The notes under the pieces were generated by a model, which was given only the letters and a program-made list of their open reading frames with translations, ran no database searches and was not told the origin of the DNA. DNA of 32,255 nt from Proteromonas lacertae (taxonomy: Eukaryota), in contig NGBS01000058.1 in assembly GCA_002245135.1 (NCBI GenBank), positions 1-32,255 of the forward strand, read 5' to 3'. Below are positions 13,957 to 23,801 of the stretch, in pieces (the stretch's first letter is position 1; each line of letters opens with the position of its first letter). The translations under genes and the position numbers were made by a program.

Positions 13957-14022
13957 TTTAAAATGAAAAAAGTGAAAAGTCAAGCCAAAGGTTTGATCAA
14001 ATAAGAATTTAATAATTAATAA
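13957..14022. promoter_or_regulatory. 66-bp bidirectional promoter region between ARF and PPIL2
   Basis: Divergent start codons at 13956 (-) and 14023 (+). Contains near-palindrome TCAAGCC-AAA-GGTTTGA (13980-13996). Confidence 0.6.
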
Positions 14023-15750
14023 ATGGGAAAGAACCAACACAGTAAAGACAGATTATATGTAACTCAATGGGAAAACAAAAATGAATGGAGTGGTGTAAAA
14101 CATGACAAGACGTATACATTTATTCTTTATGAATTAACTAGTGAAGCAATTCGAAAATTACCATTTGATTGTTGTTCAATTTCATTCAGACCATTTAGTA
14201 ATCCTGTATGTTCGTCTGATGGAAATGTGTTTGATTTAGAGAATATCGTTCCTTTTCTCAAAAAACACCATGTAGACCCAGTAACAGGTAATCCACTCTC
14301 AGCTAAAGATTTAATTCACCTCCATTACTTCAAAAACGCAGATGGTAAGTATCATTGTCCTGTAACATTCAAAATCTTCAATGACAATACACACATAGTT
14401 GCAATCAAAACCTCTGGTAATGTATACTGTATGGAAGCAATAAAAGAATTAAATATCAAGCCAAAGATTTGGAGTGATTTAATGACAGGTGAAAAATTCA
14501 ATCGAGATGATATAATTACCTTGCAAGATCCCAGTCGAGTAGAAACTCGTGATATGGATAAATTCTTTCATGTATTAAACACCTCAGAAGTAGAAAATGA
14601 ACCTCATATCAACCTAACTCCATCATCCAAACTAATCATTGAAAAAACAAAAGAAAAGAAAAATAATATAAAAAATATCATCAATACAATAAAGAGTGGT
14701 AAAGTAACAAAAGAAGAAGAGAATAAAAATGCAATAATCTCCAGTATAATAAACGATAAAGACAAAACAAATCAAAGAATTCGAATAGCTCAAAAACTCA
14801 GTAGAACAACAACATTTAATACATCTGGTCCAGTAACTTGTAGTTTAATCACCCCAACAATGAATAACAATAAATCTTTAGCAACAGAGAAGCAAGTGAA
14901 TCAATATAGATGGAATAAAATGCAACAATTGAAAGAAAAAGGATATGTCAAATTCATTACTAATTTTGGTGAATTAAATTTAGAAATTGAATGTAATCTC
15001 GTACCAAGAACCTCTGAAAATTTCTTAACATTATGTCAAAGTGGATATTATAATAATACCATATTCCATCGATTAATTCCAAAGTTTATGATTCAAGGAG
15101 GAGATCCAACAGGAAGTGGAACAGGTGGAGAAAGTATATGGAAAAAGAACTTTAAAAATGAATTTCATCCAAAACTTACTCACAATGGTAGAGGTGTATT
15201 AAGTATGGCAAATTGTGGAGGTGATTGTACGAATGGTTCTCAGTTTTTCATTACATTTCAAGCTTGTCATCATTTAGATAATAAACATAGTGTTTTTGGA
15301 CATTTAGTTGGTGGATTTGAGACTTTGAATAAAATGGAAGAAATAGATACAGTAAAAGATAAACCAGTAGTTGATATAAAGATATTATCCACCGAAGTGT
15401 ATGTAAATCCATTTTTGAAATTAGATGATTTGGTGGAGAAAGATTTGGATGAAATGAATAAGAAAGAAAACTTCGTTTCACCTATTCCTACTGTTATAAA
15501 GAATAATAATAATAATAATAAATCTATAAAAAGAAATATAAATGAAATAAATAATAATAATAATGTGATAGAGAAAAAAGAGAATAAAAGGTCAAAAAAA
15601 ATGAAAATTGATAATGGTGAAGAAGAAGAATTAGAAATTGGTAAATATATATCAAAGAATAGTAATGATAAAGATATTGATGATAATAATGATAAAAGTG
15701 AAGAAAAAATGATTAAAAGTACAAATTTCACTGATTTTAGTAGTTGGTAA
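14023..15750 (+). CDS. PPIL2: U-box/cyclophilin peptidyl-prolyl isomerase PPIL2 (Cyp60); probable in-frame intron 14112-14141
   Basis: [14 protein letters not shown] start, [27 protein letters not shown], cyclophilin motifs [49 protein letters not shown], and C-terminal FTDFSSW. Confidence 0.93.
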   Translation: MGKNQHSKDRLYVTQWENKNEWSGVKHDKTYTFILYELTSEAIRKLPFDCCSISFRPFSNPVCSSDGNVFDLENIVPFLKKHHVDPVTGNPLSAKDLIHLHYFKNADGKYHCPVTFKIFNDNTHIVAIKTSGNVYCMEAIKELNIKPKIWSDLMTGEKFNRDDIITLQDPSRVETRDMDKFFHVLNTSEVENEPHINLTPSSKLIIEKTKEKKNNIKNIINTIKSGKVTKEEENKNAIISSIINDKDKTNQRIRIAQKLSRTTTFNTSGPVTCSLITPTMNNNKSLATEKQVNQYRWNKMQQLKEKGYVKFITNFGELNLEIECNLVPRTSENFLTLCQSGYYNNTIFHRLIPKFMIQGGDPTGSGTGGESIWKKNFKNEFHPKLTHNGRGVLSMANCGGDCTNGSQFFITFQACHHLDNKHSVFGHLVGGFETLNKMEEIDTVKDKPVVDIKILSTEVYVNPFLKLDDLVEKDLDEMNKKENFVSPIPTVIKNNNNNNKSIKRNINEINNNNNVIEKKENKRSKKMKIDNGEEEELEIGKYISKNSNDKDIDDNNDKSEEKMIKSTNFTDFSSW

Positions 15751-15820
15751 TTTTAATTATGAATAATCATTTTTTTGTTTTTTACTTTTTCAAAATAAAA
15801 TTCTATTAATTACAATGAAA

Positions 15821-17561
15821 TTATAAAGTTGATCTATCCATTTGAATTTTGAAAGACTGTTCTTCAAAATCACCAGGTATAACCGGTTTAATATTTACAT
15901 TTAATATTCCATTCTCATTAATTTTCATTGTTATATACGTTTTTACTTCACCAGCTGGTTTAAGCTTTAGAATAGGTATTGTTTTTTTACCAATTTTCTT
16001 ATTCTTTGAAGCAACTGGATTTTCTCCTTGATAAAATCTAAAACAAATGCTGTTTGATTATCTTCTTTTGTTTTAAATTTATGAGTACTTTCATGATGGA
16101 ATTGGATTACCTTTTTGGTAATATATTAACAAAATTACCATAAGCATCATCACTTCCTATACTGTGAGTTAGAATCTCTTTTATAAGAATTTTTCTTCCT
16201 GCACTTGGTTTGATTGGTTCTTTATATCCATTTGTTATTAATACTTTTCTTCCACTACTTCTATTTGGAACTAATACTTTTCTACCACTTTTTTCTATTT
16301 TATTTGAATCAATATACTTAAACATTCTATCATCAACATTTAATATTTCATTGGTTTGATTATCTATTAGTTTCATTCTTCCATCTTTGTCTTTTTCTTC
16401 TCGAACTCCATTCAAAATATCTTCAGCTAAGATTGCTGCACCATAAGCTACAGCTTCATCAGGATTTATATCTTTATTCAATTCTTTATTATTGAAGAAT
16501 TTGGATAATAATTCTTGAACTTTGGGAATTCTACTACTTCCTCCAACTAACACTACATTATCAATATCATTTTTACTCAATCCACTTTCATTTAATACTT
16601 TTTCCACTATTTTTATTGTCTTTTCATAGATTTCTTTATTTAATTGATTAAAATCTTCTCTACTTAATTCACTATCAATATCATTATCTTCTAATATATC
16701 AGTCTCTATATCTACACTATTTGATTCGCTTAAATGAATTTTAGCTTCATCACAAGCTTTTCTTAATCGATATATATCTTTGTCATTTAGTTTTATATTC
16801 TCATCTTTGGATTTTAACTTGCTTATATAGTAATTCATTAAATTTGAGTTTATATCTTCACCTCCTAAATGATCATCTCCACCTGTTGCTTTTACTGTGA
16901 TTCTTTTATTTTTCACTTCGATTATACTAACATCAAATGTTCCACCTCCAAAATCATAGATTAAGATTTTTCGATCTTTATTATCTTTGAAGAATTGACT
17001 TCCATAAGCAATAGCAGCGGCTGTTGGTTCATTTATTATTTGTAATACATTCAATCCAGCTAATTCACCAGCTTCAATTGTTGCTCTTCTTTGTTCATTA
17101 TCAAAATAAGCAGGAACTGTTATTACTGTATGAATTGTTTTGACTTTTTCATCTGTTTTATTTCTTAACCATTCTCCTAAATAACTCAATACATGACTTG
17201 ATATTTCTTGAGGTTTAGCTTTATATTCTTCGCCTTTATATTCTACTTTTATTAAACATCCACCATCACTCTTATCTTCTTCTACTTTAAATCCCCAATG
17301 TTTCATATCATCTTGAACTCCTTTCTCTGAGAATTTATGACCAATTATTCTTTTAGCATCATATACAGTATTGCCCATATATTTACCAGCTCTATTCTTA
17401 GCTGTATTACCAATAAGAATTTTATCACCTTCAAAACAAACATATGAAGGAGTTGTGGTTTTACCTTCTTCATTTGGTATTAATTCAACATGTTCGTTTT
17501 TTGAAATAGCAACAGAAGAGAATGTAGTTCCTAAATCGATTCCACAAGTGAGTAATGACAT
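15821..17561 (-). CDS. Atypical intronless Hsp70-like gene, copy A: full ATPase domain, expanded linker, beta-sandwich substrate-binding domain, no helical lid or EEVD; three indels between ~16037 and 16116 as assembled
   Basis: GIDLGTT, TPSYV, DAKRIIG, VITVPAYF, INEPTAAA, YDFGGGTFDVS, VLVGGSSRIPK, NPDEAVAYGAA. Beyond the ORF stop at 16107 the sequence still aligns with copy B through FYQGENPVASKNKKIG..INENGIL..MDRSTL* (TAA 15821-15823). Confidence 0.85.
16171..17142 (-). repeat. Left arm of a 972-bp near-perfect inverted repeat (partner 21201-22172)
   Basis: Manual line-by-line comparison: colinear, no indels, 5 substitutions. Confidence 0.95.
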
Positions 17562-17654
17562 TTTTAAAAATGTGGGGCAAAAATTAATCGAAAAGTTTTA
17601 CAGTAGATTTTACATAAAAATTTACATATACAAAAAAACAGATAAACATATGTT

Positions 17655-19366
17655 TTATGTATTATTTGATATTATATCTATAAAACCTTTTAATTCACAT
17701 ATCTATTGGAAATATATATACTAATAATTTATACTTTATCTTCAAATTGACATTCATACAACACTCTTTTCTTCAAATTATATATCATTTTATCTAATGT
17801 AGATCCTTCACCTAAAATACCAGCATATAAATCCAATATCAAATTAGTACAATGAATTAACAACAATGTATAAAGTGGGTTAATTATATTCTTCATTATA
17901 AACAAAATAATTGGTTCAATTGTTATTTCATCTCTTCCTTGTAATGCAATCTTTAAACCATCTATATAAAACAAAAATAAATTAAATTAGATTTAAATAT
18001 ATATATACTTCTTCGCTGTAATTCCTCTATTACTGCAATTATTGTAGGCGTATGTTTAGTAAATAATACAGCATCTAATGCTTTATGATATTCAAATGAT
18101 TTCATAAATTTATCCCACTTATTCAATTTACTCTTTCTTGATTGAGTTATTACTTCATCTGTTTCTTCTGGTAAAACTTCTGGTCCACGCAAAAATTTTG
18201 ATACACCACCACTACTAACTTGATTTTCATTGGTTGATGGAAATAGATCATTTTCTTCTTCACTTTCTTCACTATTATTTTCATCATCTTCATTATTACT
18301 TACATGTTTTTGTTTTTCTCTAATTATGAATTTATTATTGCTAGTTCCAACGCAGTAAGATAAACCATCATTACATACATTAAACGACAAAATTGGTGAA
18401 TTGAATTTATAACCATGAGTTATTTTGTATGTCTTTAAATCATATATTTTTATATGTCCATCTAAGCTGCTTGATAATAATCTATTCTTACTACTATCTA
18501 AATGTAAGGCAGTAATTGTTTTTTGATGACCAGAGAATTCAGTTTGAAACATACCATGAGAATTTAGATCCCATACTTTTACACTATTTCCACCAGCTGT
18601 AAAAAATAAGTTTCCGTTGGGATTAAATAATACACTTTCAATTGGATTTTCATGGTTTACTTCAAATACAGGTTTGCTATTATTCATTCTAGTGTCAATT
18701 AGTTTAGCTGTACTATCATATGAACCTGTCAACAGCAAAGATGGAGATAATGAAGTGACATCGAGTGTACGAACATAATCAGTGTTAAATTTATAATTAT
18801 TTAATAATGTTTTTGTTGATAAATCCCAATGTTTTACTGATTTATCATCTGATGCTGAAAACATGTGAAGTTTATTGGCTGAAAAGAGACAGCAATGTAC
18901 TGCATCTGTGTGTCCTTTTATTGAACGTAATAAAACTCGTTTTCTTGTATCATGAACATGTATTCCTCCATCTTCTGTTCCATTAATGATTAATTCACCA
19001 TCACATCGAAAATGACCTGAATAGGCTTTTTCTTTGTAGTATTTTATTGTTTTTGGTTTACCTAATCCATTTGATGGATATAGTATCACTCTATTAAGGA
19101 ATATAACATATAAAAACATACTTTCCTCCTGAAACTAAACAAATATCATACGGCGCTATTGGACTATATTCTACACTAACTATTGGAGAGTGCTATTATT
19201 TATAAACAGAGTTTGTCTAATACTAATTTTTCTTCATGTATTGTTTTAAATTTATTCCACATTCGATCTAATATTGCAATAAAATCAATTAAATACTTTC
19301 AGCTGTTGTTCTCTCTTGGAATTGAGGTAAAGGCTTTTCTTCTAGTTTTATATAATCGGTTTCCAT
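17655..19366 (-). CDS. UTP15: U3 snoRNA-associated protein UTP15 (WD40 + UTP15 C-terminal domain); five introns incl. 19268-19296, 19091-19121, 17962-18008, 17703-17734
   Basis: Start METDYIKL..TTAENRMWNKFK, FRCDGEL, TDYVR, TGSYD, HQKTIT; C-terminal WDKFMKSFEYHKALD, AVIEELQRR|NGLKIALQGRDE, ILDLY, final exon ICELKGFIDII; stop 17655-17657. Confidence 0.9.
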
Positions 19367-19489
19367 TTGCTACAGAACAATCAATGATAGATTAATATAT
19401 TTATTTTCAAAATAATTACTTTCTACAAGAGAAAAAAAGAAAAATGCAAATGAAGTAAGCTTGATTAGCTCAAGCTATTTAAAAAAGAA

Positions 19490-21113
19490 ATGTTGAATTG
19501 TGATGTTAGTAAAGAACAAAATGTAAAAAAATATGTATAAAACTCTATAATTTGTTAATAATTTGATAGCATGGCTATATTAAAAGAATATGGGAAGATC
19601 GAAACATCATGTGTAGTTATTTAGTGTCCTATTTATATCAGAATAACAATAGAATGTCTCTTTATTTAGTTAGATATATTTTAAATTTACTTCGGACAAT
19701 TCCATCACTAACTGAGAATGTATAAAGTTTTCTATAATACTATATAGCTGTGTATTGTATGTGCGGATATACGAAATCATCCACGTATAAAACGTGATCG
19801 TAATAACAGAATGAAAAAACATTGTATTATATTTTGTGTTTATATGTATAGTGAATAACCTTCTTCTTCCAATTGAAATGGAGCGACCTTCTTTATTTAA
19901 ATTAAATGTTCCTAACTATCCATGTGATTTAATAATTCGTTCTTTTATAAAACTATTAACAGATATTGTATATTGTTTAATAATATTAATTTATAGAATA
20001 ATTCATCTTTTATAACACAAGTGAAGAAATTTATTTCATTAGATTACGCACATAGGAATACTGTAATATTACAGGTTGTATTTTATTATATAAAAACAGT
20101 ATATTTATTATTCATTATTTCATTTGTAATAGAAGGATTTAACTTCAGCATATAATTTAATCAAACAATTTGTAGAAATAGGTAATATAGAACTACATTT
20201 TTATGCAATATCTTTTTTTTTTAAATATATTTATTTATTTATGTTGTTTAATTATATCTTAAGCTGTATTATGCCTATTAACCTACGAATATCAAGTTGA
20301 ATATTATATTCAATCACAAAGTCAAACACAACAATATTCTCAGTCACAATATGATAGTTTTTATTCATCTCAACTGTCAGATAGTTATAATAATAATAAT
20401 AATAATAATAGTTCAACTTTACATTGGATAGATGTTGCTGAAAAATATATCAAAAATGTATTGAGAGTAGATGTAACTAATATTAAATTTATTTTCTTAA
20501 AAATACAAATATATATTGCAAAAGTATAACTATATATGTTATGTATATATATTATTTATATTAGAAAGATTATGTTTCAGCATTATCAGAATTTAAAATG
20601 ATCAATGATAAGAAAGATCCATTTATAATTTATAATTATTTAATGTTTGAAAATCAATATTTTCATAGTAATATAAACCATATAGTTAAACTGTGTAAAA
20701 GATTATTAGAAATTGATCCGTTTCAGAATACTGCTTTTGATATATTGAGACATTTATACGAAGAAAGTGATGTGATTTCTTTTAAGAAATTATTTGGAAT
20801 TTTCTGTAAAAGAATAGAACAAACTGTGAATAATGCTTTTATTTATACTCAGATTGTACCAGATGAGTATATTAATTTATGGAAAGATTTCTATCATTTT
20901 ATGAAGGAGTATAATAGGAAAGAAATAGCTAAAAGTTTAATGCTTGATATTTTGAATGAAAAGAAAGAGTTATGGAATATGATGTTTTTCTCTTTTTATC
21001 CATCTAGATTGTTGAATGAGAAGATTAAAATGTATTTTACTTATAAATATAAAGTCTCTAAATATTTTAATCCTTCTGATTATCCTTTTCATCAAGTAAA
21101 TAATCTTATTTAA
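19490..21113 (+). CDS. Multi-exon gene of unknown function, probably alpha-helical
   Basis: AAATG start at 19490, several short GT..TAG introns, last exon is ORF 20598-21113 (LCKRLLEIDP, KKELWNMMFF). Internal exons not fully resolved. Confidence 0.55.
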
Positions 21114-21200
21114 ATTGTTTTTTCGTATTTTGTTCTTCAATACTCTGATGTAAAAAAATTACTTACACTTTTACGTTAAGTTTTAGCCACACATAAAATC

Positions 21201-22172
21201 CAAAACAATTCATACAGTAATAACAGTTCCTGCTTATTTTGATAATGAACAAAGAAGAGCAACAATTGAAGCTGGTGAATTAGCTGGATTGAATGTATTA
21301 CAAATAATAAATGAACCAACAGCCGCTGCTATTGCTTATGGAAGTCAATTCTTCAAAGATAATAAAGATCGAAAAATCTTAATCTATGATTTTGGAGGTG
21401 GAACATTTGATGTTAGTATAATCGAAGTGAAAAATAAAAGAATCACAGTAAAAGCAACAGGTGGAGATGATCATTTAGGAGGTGAAGATATAAACTCAAA
21501 TTTAATGAATTACTATATAAGCAAGTTAAAATCCAAAGATGAGAATATAAAACTAAATGACAAAGATATATATCGATTAAGAAAAGCTTGTAATGAAGCT
21601 AAAATTCAGTTAAGTGAATCAAATAGTGTAGATATAGAGACTGATATATTAGAAGATAATGATATTGATAGTGAATTAAGTAGAGAAGATTTTAATCAAT
21701 TAAATAAAGAAATCTATGAAAAGACAATAAAAATAGTGGAAAAAGTATTAAATGAAAGTGGATTGAGTAAAAATGATATTGATAATGTAGTGTTAGTTGG
21801 AGGAAGTAGTAGAATTCCCAAAGTTCAAGAATTATTATCCAAATTCTTCAATAATAAAGAATTGAATAAAGATATAAATCCTGATGAAGCTGTAGCTTAT
21901 GGTGCAGCAATCTTAGCTGAAGATATTTTGAATGGAGTTCGAGAAGAAAAAGACAAAGATGGAAGAATGAAACTAATAGATAATCAAACCAATGAAATAT
22001 TAAATGTTGATGATAGAATGTTTAAGTATATTGATTCAAATAAAGTAGAAAAAAGTGGTAGAAAAGTATTAGTTCCAAATAGAAGTAGTGGAAGAAAAGT
22101 ATTAATAACAAATGGATATAAAGAACCAATCAAACCAAGTGTAGGAAGAAAAATTCTTATAAAAGAGATTCT
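21201..22172 (+). repeat. Right arm of the 972-bp inverted repeat (partner 16171-17142)
   Basis: Reverse complement of 16171-17142 with 5 substitutions. Confidence 0.95.
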
Positions 22173-22521
22173 TACTCATTCAATAGGTAAAGACATAGTT
22201 GGAGATGTTTATTCCATTATTCTAGAAAAAGGAAGTAAAATTCCATCAGAAAATACTAATAGATATCAAACAATAAAAGATGATCAAGAACACATTTATA
22301 CTAAATTTTATCAAGGAGAAAATCCAGTTGCTTCAAAGAATAAGAAAATTGGTGATTATACATTATCTATTCTAAAGCTTAAACCAGCTGGTAAAGTAAA
22401 AGATGATGTAACAATGAGAATTAATGAGAATGGAATATTGATAGTAAGAATGAAACCAGTTTATGCTGGTGATTTTGAAGAACAATCTTTGACAATAGAA
22501 ATGGACAGATCAACTTTATAA
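21201..22521 (+). pseudogene. Hsp70-like copy B: 5'-deleted (lacks ATG and first ~140 codons), otherwise open through an intact substrate-binding domain
   Basis: Homology to copy A begins abruptly at KTIHTVITVPAYF (21201). In-frame TAG at 21184-21186 upstream; first in-frame ATG only at 21505. Frame uninterrupted to TAA at 22521. Confidence 0.8.
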
Positions 22522-22638
22522 TTTGATTTTTATTATATTAATGTATGTCTATATGTGTCTTTCATTGTTTAAAGAATGTAATTACCCATAAAAGTAACAA
22601 CATATTAAAATAAAAATAAGCCTCAGTAAAATTTAAAA

Positions 22639-23762
22639 ATGATAAAAACATCATCTGAAGCTAGAGATGCTAATTACTGGATTAAAATAGGTCAAATTGG
22701 TCAAGGAACCTATGGTAAAGTGTATTTAGCACATAGTAAAGACTCCAAAGAGTTAGTTGCTTTAAAGAAAGTATTTAGAATAATATATATATTTAGATCC
22801 AATTACATCACCAACATGAAGGTTTCCCAATAACTGCAATTCGTGAAATCAAAATCTTGAAGAGTATAAAACATCCAAATGTAGTAGAGTTGAAAGAAAT
22901 CGCAACATGTGCTTCCGAAAATGAAGGTGAGAGAGATGATGTATATTTGGTATTTGAATACTGTGATACTGATTTATCTGGTTTAATGGACTTAAGTCGA
23001 GAGAAGATAATTCCTTGGTTTGATGAAGAGACAATCAAATGTTACAGTTATCAGTTATTGATAGGTTTAAAGTTTCTTCATGAAAAGAAAATAATGCATC
23101 GAGATTTAAAATGTTCGAATATTCTAATAAACAAAAACAATGAATTAAAACTAGCTGATTTTGGTTTAAGTCGTAGTTTATCATCAATGGAAAGAGAATA
23201 TACGAATAAAGTAATAACATTATGGTATAGACCTCCTGAATTATTATTGGGAAGTACAAAATATAATAACAGTGTTGATATGTGGAGTGTAGGATGTATA
23301 ATCGGTGAATTATTAGTAGGAAAAGCAATATTCAATAAAACGAAAGAAAATGAACAATTAGAAATGATATTAGATATTTGTGGAAGTAATGATATTCCAA
23401 TGGAATTAAAATCAATGAAAAACAGTAATTTATTAAAGAATATGAATTTAAATAAAGAAAGAAGTTTAAAAGAACATTTAGAGATGATAGGAAAAGAGAA
23501 ACAAGGTGAAGATTATAAATTAAGTGAAGATGGATTTGATTTAATAAATAAGCTGTTAGTATTAGATGGAAATAATCGGTTAAGTGCGAGTGAATGTTTA
23601 AGACATAAATGGTTTGAAAAAGTATTAAAAGCAAGTGATTTAAAAGAGTTAGAAATACCAAGTAGTGGAGGCCATGAGTTAGAAACAAAACAATTTCGTC
23701 GAAAGAGAAATGAATCTAATTCAATTCCTAAATCAATGAATGTAAATAAGAATATAAAATAA
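22639..23762 (+). CDS. PITAIRE-type transcriptional cyclin-dependent kinase (CDK9/12/13 or CDKC-like); intron 22771-22796
   Basis: IGQGTYGKVY, VALKK|IQL..EGFPITAIREIKIL, HRDLKCSNILI, LADFGL, YTNKVITLWYRPPELLLG, DMWSVGCI. Confidence 0.92.
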
Positions 23763-23801
23763 TTTAAAATGTTATTAATTATTATTTTCATTTTATATAT
23801 T

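Noticed and set aside
15821..22521. Diversity-generating retroelement or transposon with terminal inverted repeats explaining the Hsp70 pair
   Set aside because: No reverse transcriptase or transposase in the window, differences are not adenine-specific, and the repeats are coding sequence with no target-site duplication seen.
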